Positions 28,371-38,304 of a DNA stretch of 64,000 nucleotides are shown here, one piece after another. Below the pieces are notes generated by a model. It saw nothing but the letters and a program-made list of their open reading frames with translations. It was not told the origin of the DNA and ran no database searches. Source of the DNA: Gloeobacterales cyanobacterium (GTDB lineage Bacteria > Cyanobacteriota > Cyanobacteriia > Gloeobacterales > PMM-0068); NCBI GenBank assembly GCA_038245785.1, contig JBBRSB010000030.1:386-64385 (forward strand). Direction: 5' to 3'. Both the position numbers and the translations under genes were made by a program. Numbering within the stretch: the first letter of the stretch is position 1; each line of letters begins with the position of its first letter.

Positions 28371-29404
28371 CTTTGCTTTTTCTGCGCCACACTCTGGAAG
28401 ATTTGCTAAATGGTCAGGCTTTACCGCGAGCACAGGCCAAGCAATTGATGGACCTGTGGCTCAATAGCGAAATTCCTGATAGCTTTTCCGGGGCGATTTT
28501 GGCAGCGCTGAGGGCTAAAGGAATCACCGCCGAGGAACTGACAGGAATGGCCCAAGTGCTTCAGGAAGCTTCTGCCTCTTCGGTCCTCACTCCTGCACCT
28601 AACGGAACTATTGATACCTGTGGAACGGGTGGAGACGGGGCTGGAACGTTTAATATTTCCACCTCCGTCGCTTTTGTAGCGGCAGCTTGTGGGGTTCCTG
28701 TGGCTAAGCATGGAGGCCGCTCTGCCTCTGGAAAAGTCGGTTCTGCCGATGTCCTAGAATTTCTGGGTGTGAATCTCCAAGCTCCTTCTGAAAACATCCG
28801 TGCTGCCCTTGACGAAGTGGGGATTACTTTTCTTTTTGCACCCGGCTGGCATCCTGCCATGAAAAGTATTGCTCCTATCCGTCGGGAACTGGGCATTCGC
28901 ACGGTTTTTAATCTCTTAGGGCCTCTGGTCAATCCTCTGAATCCTACAGGTCAGGTCGTCGGTGTCTATCAAGAGAGCCTGCTGCCTATGGTCGCTCAAA
29001 CCCTCCGCAATTTGGGCCGAGAAAGAGGGGTAGTTCTTTTTGGTTTAGAAGGATTAGACGAAGCAGGATTAGCTGCTCCCACCTGCGTAGCCCGATTTCA
29101 TCAAGACCTGTTTTTCAGCGAACGGATTGAGCCTAACACCTTGGGCATTGCCTCAGCGCCGCCAGAAGCTATTGCTGGAGGAGAAGGTGTCGAAGAGAAT
29201 GCTCAGATTATGCAGGCAGTCCTCCAAGGAAAGGGCACTCAAGCCCAGGCAGACGTGGTAGCCCTAAATACCAGTGCAGCGCTCCTAGTTGCTGGAAAAA
29301 CAGAATCCTGGCAAGCAGGCTACCTCATTGCTAAAGAGTGTCTTGCTTCTGGTGCGCCTTGGGAGAAGTTAGAAGCTCTAGTTAATTATCTTCATTCTTC
29401 TTGA
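28367..29404 (+). CDS. trpD: anthranilate phosphoribosyltransferase
   Basis: [15 protein letters not shown] and [19 protein letters not shown] motifs. The ATGA start overlaps the fabH stop. Confidence 0.9.
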   Translation: MTLLFLRHTLEDLLNGQALPRAQAKQLMDLWLNSEIPDSFSGAILAALRAKGITAEELTGMAQVLQEASASSVLTPAPNGTIDTCGTGGDGAGTFNISTSVAFVAAACGVPVAKHGGRSASGKVGSADVLEFLGVNLQAPSENIRAALDEVGITFLFAPGWHPAMKSIAPIRRELGIRTVFNLLGPLVNPLNPTGQVVGVYQESLLPMVAQTLRNLGRERGVVLFGLEGLDEAGLAAPTCVARFHQDLFFSERIEPNTLGIASAPPEAIAGGEGVEENAQIMQAVLQGKGTQAQADVVALNTSAALLVAGKTESWQAGYLIAKECLASGAPWEKLEALVNYLHSS

Positions 29405-29475
29405 TAGCAAGAAACATTTATACATTACATTTGCAGATCCCCCAGCAAGAGAGAACTTTAATCCTTTAAGGGTTT

Positions 29476-29548
29476 GCCCCCCTTACTAAAAGGGGGCTCA
29501 AGCAAATTTCTGGTTCAGGCCCCCTTTGATAAGGGGGATGGGGGGATC
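29476..29548. repeat. two GC-rich hairpin repeats (family 3)
   Basis: GCCCCCCTTACTAAAAGGGGGC (29476-29497) and GGCCCCCTTTGATAAGGGGGATGGGGGGATC (29519-29548). The second is an inverted relative of 19297-19328. Both lie between convergent trpD and nth. Confidence 0.8.
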
Positions 29549-29578
29549 TTCTGATTTTGGCAGGTGGTCTTAGAACAG

Positions 29579-30232
29579 CTAAGGCCGTGGAGCACTAGGG
29601 CATAAATCTGCCAGGAAACAATTGCCGCAATCAGGCTTGCGCGCATCACAGGTGGCTCGGCCATGATAAATCAAGCGAATCGACCAGTTTTCCCAATCAG
29701 CTTGAGGCAGAATTTTCATCAGGTCTTGTTCTATCTTTCCTGGGTCAACTTGCTGAGTAAAGCCGAGGCGATTACAAAGGCGCTTGACGTGGGTATCGAC
29801 GGTCACGCCAGCATTGATCCCATAAGCATGAGCAAGAACCACATTCGCCGTTTTACGGGCTGCACCCGGTAAGGTAATTAACTGCTCCATCGTGTTGGGA
29901 ACAACGCCATCAAATTCACGGATGATTTTCTGAGCAGCAGCCTGAATATTCTTAGCTTTGTTGCGGAAAAATCCTGTGGATTTGACCAGCTCTTCAATCT
30001 CTTGGGGGCCAGCCTCCGCCATTGATTGGGCATCAGAGAATCGTGCAAACAGAGCAGGCGTCACCTTATTGACCCGTTCATCCGTACATTGAGCCGAGAG
30101 GATCGTCGCCACCAAGAGTTGGAAAGGCGTTTCATAGTCTAGGGAACAGGTGGCATCTGGGTAATGAACTTTGAGCCGAGTCAAAACTTCTAAGGCTCTG
30201 GCTGTCTGAGCTTTACGGGAAACACAAGGCAT
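29579..30232 (-). CDS. nth: endonuclease III
   Basis: HhH-GPD motif LPGAARKTANVVL and a C-terminal 4Fe-4S cluster C-x6-C-x2-C-x5-C (CDARKPDCGNCFLADLC). Confidence 0.9.
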   Translation of the reverse strand: MPCVSRKAQTARALEVLTRLKVHYPDATCSLDYETPFQLLVATILSAQCTDERVNKVTPALFARFSDAQSMAEAGPQEIEELVKSTGFFRNKAKNIQAAAQKIIREFDGVVPNTMEQLITLPGAARKTANVVLAHAYGINAGVTVDTHVKRLCNRLGFTQQVDPGKIEQDLMKILPQADWENWSIRLIYHGRATCDARKPDCGNCFLADLCPSAPRP

Positions 30233-30235
30233 AGG

Positions 30236-31330
30236 TTAACTGTTGAGGCGAAGCGCACCCGCTAGTAGCGAAAACGTATCTTTGAAAATCAAGACCAAGC
30301 CCAAACCAACCAGCAAGAGTAAACCTGTTTGCATCACCTTCGCTTGGAACGCTTCAGAAGCAGGCTTACCACGCACAGCCTCAAACAAAAGGAAAACTAA
30401 ATGTCCACCGTCCAAAGCGGGTAAGGGAAGAATATTCATCACACCTAAACTGATGCTGATAATCGCCGTTAGCCAGAAGAAAGAGCGCCAATCATCTTGA
30501 ATCAGTTGGGAACCTTTATCGACGATACCAACCGGGGAAGAAAGATCATTTACACTGGTATTGCCAGAGAACAATCCAACAATGCCCCCAATCGTCTGGC
30601 TAAACATGCCGCCGTAGACCTGATTGGTTTTGCTCACGGCTTCAGAAAAGTTGGAGACTGAGCGATAGACACGGTCACCATGAGGCTGTAGCCCTACTCC
30701 GATTTGGCCTTTCTGATTGGGCTTTATCTGTAGCGTCAGCTGCTCTTTGCTCTGAACCTTCTCAACCCTGATGGTGACAGGCCTGTCTTTGCTGCCCTTG
30801 ATCACCTCAGCCATGACCCCAAGCCCTTTCTCGTTACCCGCCAAGGGCTGACCATTTACAGCAAGCACCACATCGCCCGCCTTCAGATCTGCCTTTTGAG
30901 CAGGGCTGTCTGGCATGATTTGGGTCAGTAAAACTCCGCCAGGGGTTGCCTGATGTCCGTCGGGGAGACCCCCAAAACTGATCATGGCGATAAGCGCAAA
31001 CCAAGCAAAGATAAAGTTGGCAATCACCCCAGCTGAAATCACAATGATTCGCTGAATCACTGGGCGATTTTTTAGCAAATTAGGGTCATTTGTCGGAATC
31101 TTGCTGTCGGGGTCTTCATCAGGAAAACCAACGTAGCCTCCCAGAGGGATAGCCCGGACTGCATATTCTGTCATCGGCCCTTGATACTTCCAGATCACGG
31201 GGCCAAAACCGATGGAAAAGCGCGTGGCGTAAATCCCCTGCAATCGGGCTGCTAGAAAGTGGCCCAGCTCATGAATAATGATCAGGATCAGGATCGAAAA
31301 TATGGCAGCGAGGATGGAAAAAAGTTGCAT
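30236..31330 (-). CDS. rseP: RIP (site-2) metalloprotease RseP
   Basis: HELGHFLAA zinc motif in TM1, a central PDZ domain (AGDVVLAVNG) and NILPLPALDGGH. Confidence 0.85.
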   Translation of the reverse strand: MQLFSILAAIFSILILIIIHELGHFLAARLQGIYATRFSIGFGPVIWKYQGPMTEYAVRAIPLGGYVGFPDEDPDSKIPTNDPNLLKNRPVIQRIIVISAGVIANFIFAWFALIAMISFGGLPDGHQATPGGVLLTQIMPDSPAQKADLKAGDVVLAVNGQPLAGNEKGLGVMAEVIKGSKDRPVTIRVEKVQSKEQLTLQIKPNQKGQIGVGLQPHGDRVYRSVSNFSEAVSKTNQVYGGMFSQTIGGIVGLFSGNTSVNDLSSPVGIVDKGSQLIQDDWRSFFWLTAIISISLGVMNILPLPALDGGHLVFLLFEAVRGKPASEAFQAKVMQTGLLLLVGLGLVLIFKDTFSLLAGALRLNS

Positions 31331-31496
31331 GAAGATAGGACCTCAAACCACAGGAGCGGGGTTATAAATTCTTTCACTCTCTCCATTGTAGGCAAGAGCG
31401 TAGCAGATTCGTCCATAGTGCCTTAGACAGAGATAAATTCTGAGTGCCCTCGCCACGCTAAAATTGATAACACTAGCTATCTGTAGAGTTTGACCT

Positions 31497-32753
31497 GTGA
31501 CCTATACGCCGCTTTCTACCCCATCTGCGACCGATGCCGCACAACCCAGCCTTCCGCTTGGTCCTCGCCCAGACACTCTGGGAAGGTATGGGATCTACGG
31601 GGGTAAATATGTACCAGAGACTTTGATGAGCGCTCTGGAAGAATTGGAAAAAGCTTATAGGCACCACACCCAAGACCCTCAATTTCAGCAAGAACTCCAG
31701 AGCTATTTGAAAGATTTCGTCGGTCGTGAAACCCCGTTATATTTTGCGGAACGGCTTACGCAGCACTACGGCGGTCCACAGATTTACCTGAAGCGCGAAG
31801 ATTTAAATCATACGGGTGCCCACAAGATTAACAATGCCTTGGGCCAAGCCCTGCTAGCACTCAGAATGGGTAAAAAGCGGATTATTGCAGAAACAGGAGC
31901 TGGCCAGCATGGGGTGGCTACGGCAACTGTCTGTGCCCGTTTTGGCTTGGAATGCATCATCTATATGGGTGTGGAAGACATTCAGCGTCAGTACCTCAAT
32001 GTTGTCCGCATGAAACTCATGGGTGCGAAAGTGCATCCAGTATCCTCAGGCAGCGGTACGCTCAAAGATGCGACCAGTGAGGCCATCCGCGATTGGGTAA
32101 CCAATGTCAACGATACTCACTATATTCTGGGCTCTGTCGCTGGTCCCCATCCTTATCCGATGATTGTACGAGACTTCCAGGCAATCATTGGCCGTGAAAC
32201 CCGTAAGCAGTGCATGGAGCGTTTTGCTCGTCTACCCGATGTGCTCTTGGCCTGTGTTGGTGGTGGCTCCAATGCCATGGGCTTGTTTCACGAGTTTATA
32301 GACGAACCAACAGTACGGATGATTGGCATTGAAGCGGCGGGAGAAGGAGTGCTCACGCCCCGCCATGCTGCAACGCTGACGAAAGGCCGAGTTGGCGTGC
32401 TCCACGGAGCGATGAGCTATCTCTTGCAAGACGATCAAGGCCAGGTTCAAGAGGCTCATTCTATTAGTGCTGGTTTGGATTATCCTGGCGTTGGGCCTGA
32501 GCACAGTTACCTTAAAGACAAGCTACGAGCGGAGTACTACAGTATTTCCGACCAAGAAGCCTTGGATGCTTTTCAGCAAGTTTCTCAGTTGGAAGGAATC
32601 ATTCCGGCTTTAGAAACGGCCCATGCTTTTGCATACCTTGGAACCCTCTGCCCTACCCTAAAGTCTGACCAGATTATAGTGATTAACTGCTCCGGTAGAG
32701 GGGACAAAGACGTCAATACGGTAGCCGCTCGTTTAGGAGATAAGTTGGGTTAA
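31497..32753 (+). CDS. trpB: tryptophan synthase beta chain
   Basis: PLP lysine motif [11 protein letters not shown], plus GGGSNAMG and the GxGxHG region. GTG start. Confidence 0.9.
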   Translation: MTYTPLSTPSATDAAQPSLPLGPRPDTLGRYGIYGGKYVPETLMSALEELEKAYRHHTQDPQFQQELQSYLKDFVGRETPLYFAERLTQHYGGPQIYLKREDLNHTGAHKINNALGQALLALRMGKKRIIAETGAGQHGVATATVCARFGLECIIYMGVEDIQRQYLNVVRMKLMGAKVHPVSSGSGTLKDATSEAIRDWVTNVNDTHYILGSVAGPHPYPMIVRDFQAIIGRETRKQCMERFARLPDVLLACVGGGSNAMGLFHEFIDEPTVRMIGIEAAGEGVLTPRHAATLTKGRVGVLHGAMSYLLQDDQGQVQEAHSISAGLDYPGVGPEHSYLKDKLRAEYYSISDQEALDAFQQVSQLEGIIPALETAHAFAYLGTLCPTLKSDQIIVINCSGRGDKDVNTVAARLGDKLG

Positions 32754-33194
32754 ATGCACAAGATTACGATTTGGGCTTTGTTGTCCGTACTCGCTTGGAA
32801 TACACCTGTATTTGCCCAAGCTTCCTCTTTAGGAGGCACGGTAACTCCCCAGCAAACGACGACAAAGTCTCCTAGCGATAGTTTTAACAAGAATGTGCAG
32901 CAGAAAGCAGAGGAAGAAGCGCTTGGTAATTGGTACAGAGAAGTAATAGATACGCTTAATCAAAAGATGCCCCGCAAACGGTATACCCTCAGGGGAGACG
33001 CGAGGGTAACGATTGACAATGCAGGCAAACTCTTGGACGTTCAATGGATTAAGCCTTCCAATGACGAGAAATTCAATACCACAGCCTTTGCTGCCTTAAA
33101 AAATGTCACCCTTAGTGCTCCTCCCAAGCCGGATCCATCGGGAGCTTACATTATTGAAATCACCCTGGAAAGTCGGGGTCCTGCGCGTTCGTAG
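32754..33194 (+). CDS. secreted protein with TonB-C/TolA-like C-terminal domain
   Basis: Signal peptide (AWNTPVFAQA). The C-terminal RGDARVTIDNAGKLLDVQWIKPSNDEKFNTTAFAALK pattern resembles the TonB_C fold. The ATG immediately follows the trpB stop. Confidence 0.4.
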   Translation: MHKITIWALLSVLAWNTPVFAQASSLGGTVTPQQTTTKSPSDSFNKNVQQKAEEEALGNWYREVIDTLNQKMPRKRYTLRGDARVTIDNAGKLLDVQWIKPSNDEKFNTTAFAALKNVTLSAPPKPDPSGAYIIEITLESRGPARS

Positions 33195-33245
33195 AACCCC
33201 TTTGTTTTGTTCATTGTGAACTTTCAGTGTAGGTATACCCTAGAC

Positions 33246-34739
33246 ATGGTATTTTTCATTACTAACAAGCCAGAAGCCACCAAGGCTGAAAATTTGAGGA
33301 GTGAAGAAGTGTTCTTTAATAACAAAAAGACGAGTCTGGTCATTAAAAGTATCCTTTTAGCAGGCACCCTTTCCATCAGTAGTTTTTATCTTCCGGTACA
33401 AGCACAAACCTCTGGAGTACTCTATGCCAGAGCCCCAAAGAAAAAGAAAGTTGCTCGTAAACCGGCACCGGCAAAAGCAGTCACCCTAACGATTAATCGG
33501 ATCACGGTCATTTCTCCCAGTACCTTAGGTGCAGGAGATGAGTTGGTAGTGCAGGCGGTCGGTACCCCTTCTGCTACAGCAATCCTGGGTGTTGAAGGCG
33601 GCCCCCAAGGAATTCCTCTGAAAGAAATACAGCCTGGGGTTTACGAAGCAAACTATACCGTCCGTAAGGATGATAAAGGAACCAAAGCCAAACTTTCAGT
33701 TACTTTGAATGCTCCAAAGTCCACCGCTGTGACCAAAGTTTCAGATACGCTTGTTTCGTTAAATGCCCCAGCCGCCACTCCGGTCCCGGTCCCAGCCCCA
33801 ACCGCAAGTTCTTTGCGCATTGAAAAAATCACGACCCGCGCCACAGGTCCCCTTCTTGCAGGAGATGAACTGGTTGTTAAAGCGACGGGAACCCCTAAAG
33901 CAACGGCCTTATTCGCTATTGAAGGATTCGCCCAAAACCTCCCCATGCAAGAGACTCAAGAAGGGATTTATGAAGGAAGATACACGGTTCGCCGAAATGA
34001 CAGCAAAGCCAACGCTAAGCTGCTTTTAACTTTGAGCCGCCAAGGTTCTGAACCTGTTACCCAGGCCGCTGATAACCCCGTTTCGATAGATGCTCTAGCG
34101 CCGCTCCTGCAGAATCCTCAACCCGAAAATGGTAGTTCTGTCGCCAGTCGTACTCCAGATATTTCTACAAGCTTTAGTGATGGAGACGGTACAGGCGTGG
34201 ATCCACAGACGATTCGTTTGCTGGTCAATGAGAAAGATGTGACCAAACAAGCAACCATTGGTCGAGATTTTGTGGCTTATCGTCCTTCCCAGCAGCTACC
34301 CGATAGTAAGACGCAAGTAGAAGTGCAAATGGCAGACCGAGCAGGAAATAGAACTGACCTCAAATGGTCCTTCAGTTTTGGAGCACCAGGAAGTGCTACG
34401 ACAACGGCACCGACTGAGTCGGCAAAGTTACTACCCACTTTGACGAACTTCAAGAATGGGGACAGCATTGCTATTCCTGCCAAGATTGAGGGAAAGACGG
34501 TTCCTTTTGCCAGTGTCCAGATCCAGGCAGAGGCGGCTTCTACTTTGCTCGGTCCTGTTGGTCTTTCTCAGAACATCTTAGATACCACGGTCAAAGCGGA
34601 CGGAGCAGGGCTCTTTAGCTTTACACTTCAGCCTTCTTTCAACCTACCTTCTGGAACCCGCTATCGGGTAAACATAACGGCTACAGACCCCCAAGGCAGC
34701 CAGTCACAAAAAACAGAAGTTCTGTTTGTACAGAAGTAA
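33246..34739 (+). CDS. secreted protein with tandem duplicated ~100-aa domain plus Ig-like domains
   Basis: The hydrophobic signal is SILLAGTLSISSFYLPVQAQ. Two consecutive repeats share GDELVVxAxGTPxATA..EG..Q..P..E.Q.G.YE..YTVR..D..A.AKL. An alternative GTG start at 33309 lies behind GAGGAG. Confidence 0.55.
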   Translation: MVFFITNKPEATKAENLRSEEVFFNNKKTSLVIKSILLAGTLSISSFYLPVQAQTSGVLYARAPKKKKVARKPAPAKAVTLTINRITVISPSTLGAGDELVVQAVGTPSATAILGVEGGPQGIPLKEIQPGVYEANYTVRKDDKGTKAKLSVTLNAPKSTAVTKVSDTLVSLNAPAATPVPVPAPTASSLRIEKITTRATGPLLAGDELVVKATGTPKATALFAIEGFAQNLPMQETQEGIYEGRYTVRRNDSKANAKLLLTLSRQGSEPVTQAADNPVSIDALAPLLQNPQPENGSSVASRTPDISTSFSDGDGTGVDPQTIRLLVNEKDVTKQATIGRDFVAYRPSQQLPDSKTQVEVQMADRAGNRTDLKWSFSFGAPGSATTTAPTESAKLLPTLTNFKNGDSIAIPAKIEGKTVPFASVQIQAEAASTLLGPVGLSQNILDTTVKADGAGLFSFTLQPSFNLPSGTRYRVNITATDPQGSQSQKTEVLFVQK

Positions 34740-34756
34740 CTTCTATAGATGAAAAA

Positions 34757-34795
34757 AGAGAGGCATTCTAAATTAGAATGCCTCTCTTTTTATTT
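34757..34795. terminator. strong bidirectional intrinsic terminator
   Basis: A perfect 14-bp stem AGAGAGGCATTCTA / TAGAATGCCTCTCT is preceded by A6 and followed by T5. It lies between convergent genes ending at 34739 and 34825. Confidence 0.85.
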
Positions 34796-34824
34796 CAAAT
34801 TTGCACTTGAAAAACTAAGCAATA

Positions 34825-35226
34825 TCATCTTGACCCAACGGATGCATCTTGCGATTTTTCATAAGCCTTTTGCAGCTGAAACTGCCCTACTTCCTGTTTC
34901 ATCGCTTGTACTATCTGGGCAGGAATAGGCTGGCCCTGTAGATAATCATCACGGATGGCATGAATTTGCATAATCTGGCCAACGGATTTTCCTGTCACAA
35001 TGGAGACTTTTTCCCATTGTTGCAGATAGCTCATTCCGCCTTGCAGTCTTTCTACCTCTGCTTTGAGCTGAGGATATTCAAGTTTTTGCGTAAGCATCAT
35101 TACCGATTTAGTCTGAGAATTTTCTGACCAGAGTTTGTGCGTGGTTTCCTGTGACCGGGCTTCGCCAAGTTGCGTTTTTACTTGTGAGATTGCTATCTGG
35201 ACTCTTTCAAGCTTGCCACTGGTCAT
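34825..35226 (-). CDS. hypothetical protein (partner of HExxH protein)
   Basis: 133-aa ORF, predicted helical or coiled, 91 nt downstream of the 283-aa gene on the same strand. Confidence 0.45.
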   Translation of the reverse strand: MTSGKLERVQIAISQVKTQLGEARSQETTHKLWSENSQTKSVMMLTQKLEYPQLKAEVERLQGGMSYLQQWEKVSIVTGKSVGQIMQIHAIRDDYLQGQPIPAQIVQAMKQEVGQFQLQKAYEKSQDASVGSR

Positions 35227-35317
35227 ATTGTATTAGCATGAGATTCATTATTTGCTTGAAGACTCGCTCCAAAGGGATTAAACTAAGACGATTCATTTTT
35301 AAAATTTACTCCTCATG

Positions 35318-36169
35318 TCAAAATACAGTTTCTTTATATGCCTGTTCAGCTAAGGAGCCAGTCGTAAAGGCATCTACTTCTTCTGGAAGCTCTTTATAGC
35401 GTGCATAGGCTTTTCTATAGGCAGCTTGAGCTTGTTCAAGCTCAGGGTCAATTTCCTGTCTTAAATGGCAGTAGGTCTGTTCTAGTTTTCTATATAGTGG
35501 CTCGCATACCTGAGGATTATTTGCTTTAGCCTCGTACTCTTTTTTAAGCTGGTTATACTCTTGAATCGTCTTTTCATAGGAAAGTCGGAGTAGCGTATGC
35601 GTCTTTTCTGCCTGGTCTAACTGCTTGAAAACTTGGTCGCGGTCATGGCTAAACATTCCATAGACGCTTTGGTACCATTCATGAGCTTGGGCGAATTGCA
35701 GCGTTTGGAGAGGAGTGTGCTTCGCTGTCTCGACTGCCCGTTGAATAACAGACTGATTCTTAGTCCCTACTTCTTGTGCAATCTGCTGTGCTGTTCTCTG
35801 TTTTCCATCAGGAGGATAACTTGCTAACAGTTCGGCAACTCGGTAGATTTGTTCACTATGGCGTGCTTCATGGTAAAGCATCTCGGCCAAGCTAGCAGCA
35901 TCTTTTATAGATAGATAGGAGCTATTGAGTAGGTTTTGACTGATTCCGATGCTCCAATTTTCAGAGAGGAATTCTCCCTGTGTATCGGAAGGAAGGTTGA
36001 CCCTATGTACTGCACAGGAGGCTAAATCAGCAGCCAGCAGGGCTTTATTAAGAGTTAACTTAAGATAATCTTGGCGTTGCTCCATAGTTAGGATTTGCCA
36101 AGAGTTTTGTAGCTGCTTTATATCAAGCGCAAATTGATTAATAATTGTTTTTGAATTCAGGCCGACCAT
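35318..36169 (-). CDS. hypothetical protein with HExxH motif (putative metallopeptidase-like) and coiled-coil C-terminus
   Basis: 283-aa ORF. HEARH lies at 35858-35872 within LAEMLYHEARHSEQIYRVAELLA. The C-terminal 100 aa are rich in heptad-like K/E/Q/L. Confidence 0.5.
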   Translation of the reverse strand: MVGLNSKTIINQFALDIKQLQNSWQILTMEQRQDYLKLTLNKALLAADLASCAVHRVNLPSDTQGEFLSENWSIGISQNLLNSSYLSIKDAASLAEMLYHEARHSEQIYRVAELLASYPPDGKQRTAQQIAQEVGTKNQSVIQRAVETAKHTPLQTLQFAQAHEWYQSVYGMFSHDRDQVFKQLDQAEKTHTLLRLSYEKTIQEYNQLKKEYEAKANNPQVCEPLYRKLEQTYCHLRQEIDPELEQAQAAYRKAYARYKELPEEVDAFTTGSLAEQAYKETVF

Positions 36170-36404
36170 TCAAATGGTTCCTTTGATAAAGATAGAAGAT
36201 TGATAGAAAGGTTTATGGAAATAGTTTATGGAGATTGGGTATATCTCTTGCATAAATCGCTGTTTTGGGCTCCAGCAGCGTTAATCCGATGCGACTAATC
36301 TTACTTAACTGTTAAGGTAAAACAATCCGTATATCAGCGGGTTAGCAATAAAGCATGTTAAGTGGTTATACCGAGCCTAAATCTTTCTGTATAATGTAGT
36401 CCTG

Positions 36405-36731
36405 ATGGCACGTAATTTTATTAAAGTATGCAGTGTTGGAGAAGTTCCCCCAGGCACAGGCAAATTGGTGATGGGACCTTTTGATAAACCAATGGCGCTG
36501 TTTAATGTTGCCGGAGAATTTTTTGCTATCAATGCCATCTGTCCCCATATGGGAGGCCCCCTGCAAAGTGGCAAACTAGAGGGGAAGGTTATCTATTGTC
36601 CCTGGCATCAATGGAGTTTTTGTGTAGACACAGGAGAAGCAGACCACCCTGGAGGACATCAAGTTTCTGCCTATCACGTCAAAGTTCAGGAAGGAATGAT
36701 TATGGTGGGTTGGCTAAAGAATTCCGGTTGA
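36405..36731 (+). CDS. Rieske [2Fe-2S] domain protein (NirD-like small subunit)
   Basis: 108 aa with CPHMGGPL and CPWHQWSF cluster-binding boxes. Confidence 0.8.
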   Translation: MARNFIKVCSVGEVPPGTGKLVMGPFDKPMALFNVAGEFFAINAICPHMGGPLQSGKLEGKVIYCPWHQWSFCVDTGEADHPGGHQVSAYHVKVQEGMIMVGWLKNSG

Positions 36732-37020
36732 TGAGAGATTCAATAGGTTAGCTCCCTTGGCGGTTCTGATAGACGGGTTAACATCCCCAGGGAAACTACA
36801 AAGCAGGGGAAGCGATAGAAACCCTGCACCCGTTCTCTACAATCAACCGGACTTGTTCATCACACAAGCCACCAAGCCCTGACATCGCTCTCCTGCGGGC
36901 TATGAACTGTAGGACAAACCGCAAAACACCTACATGTGGCTAATGGGAACTCCGAAGAGTTCTCCTTGTGCTCTTATCTTGGTTCTTCAGAAAGAAAGTG
37001 AAGACATTCTGACAGAAAAG

Positions 37021-37758
37021 TTAACGATTTTTTTGGAGAGCCACTTGCCGTACTTGATGTTGCCGACGATTAAATTCTTTCTCTATATCAGACAGATTGT
37101 AGTCAATGGGAGAACGCATATCCCATTGAGATTCGCCGAGCAAGAGTAAACTACCAGCCATCACCATTCCGGTACACAAGAACTGCCAATCACTTACGAA
37201 TAAGAGAACCAAGCCACTGACCAGATGGAAAACTCCGGCATAGGCCAGGGCCCGAGAGTGGAGGCCAAAGCCTGTAATCAGATAACCGATAGCGGTCAAT
37301 CCAAGCCAAAGTGGGCCTAGGTTGAGCATAACCTCGCCCCAACCCGTGAAAATGCTGTAGTCAGTTAATGCAAGTCCAATGCCCATTAAGAGCACCCAGC
37401 CAACAACGAGCCAGACCGCACGCTCTACTACTACCCAAGACCAACTGAGCATCAGCATCCCAACCGTACCAAGCACGGTTAATATAGACCAGAAAACTGC
37501 CTGTGCACTCCAATCAAAAGGTGAAAATTGAGCGGTGAGAAAGATCGTTGCTGTTAGCAGACCCCAGAGCATGAATATTTGGTCAATACGAGTATAAATT
37601 GCATTCCAAAGCGTAAAATTCCCAATTTGCCAGCGAATGCGGAAAAGCCCCCTGAGGTCCTGAACATCCAATTCGTGTTGCTTGCGACGCAGGACAGGTT
37701 CAGAAGGATTGAAAAAAGTCATCAGCCAAAAGAAGTAGATGTGCAAACATATTAACAA
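37021..37758 (-). CDS. hypothetical integral membrane protein
   Basis: 245-aa ORF with ~6 TM segments. No motif recognised. Confidence 0.45.
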   Translation of the reverse strand: MLICLHIYFFWLMTFFNPSEPVLRRKQHELDVQDLRGLFRIRWQIGNFTLWNAIYTRIDQIFMLWGLLTATIFLTAQFSPFDWSAQAVFWSILTVLGTVGMLMLSWSWVVVERAVWLVVGWVLLMGIGLALTDYSIFTGWGEVMLNLGPLWLGLTAIGYLITGFGLHSRALAYAGVFHLVSGLVLLFVSDWQFLCTGMVMAGSLLLLGESQWDMRSPIDYNLSDIEKEFNRRQHQVRQVALQKNR

Positions 37759-37842
37759 AAATATACAACTATTGGAAATCTACTTCCTGGCTTACGCCTC
37801 CTTTAGCCCTAGGAGAGGTTTTCAGGATAGCCATGGTGCTTG

Positions 37843-38178
37843 TCAGGTTAAAAGCCGACGCACAAAACGGGTCCAGACCGCATATCCCAAAACTGCAGCT
37901 CCTATGAACGAAAGGCCATAGGTGAACTGAGCACCGAGACCGACGAAGGTAAATAGACTCCCTGTTGCCATCGCTGTCGAAATTGCTAAGCCAACAAAAG
38001 AGGTGAATACCGGTAGGATCTGGCGATAGGAAACAGGCTTAGAGAGCTGCTCAGTCAGCACTACACGCAGAACTCCACCGCATATAAAAGAACATAGCAT
38101 TGAGGCCCCTGTCAGGAAAAACGGGCCAGAGATAATCTTGAATAGATCAGGGGTATAAGTTTGAGCAAAAAAAAACAT
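37843..38178 (-). CDS. hypothetical small membrane protein
   Basis: 111-aa ORF with 3-4 TM segments. Confidence 0.4.
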   Translation of the reverse strand: MFFFAQTYTPDLFKIISGPFFLTGASMLCSFICGGVLRVVLTEQLSKPVSYRQILPVFTSFVGLAISTAMATGSLFTFVGLGAQFTYGLSFIGAAVLGYAVWTRFVRRLLT

Positions 38179-38304
38179 AGGGTATTAGATAGGTTCCTAA
38201 CTTAAATTTAGAATGTGCACATTTTGGTCTACAAAACTGTATCACCGACTAGGACCGATTGCTGTCAGCGTCTTTAAATCCATCACCCCGGCTATTCATT
38301 CCTA

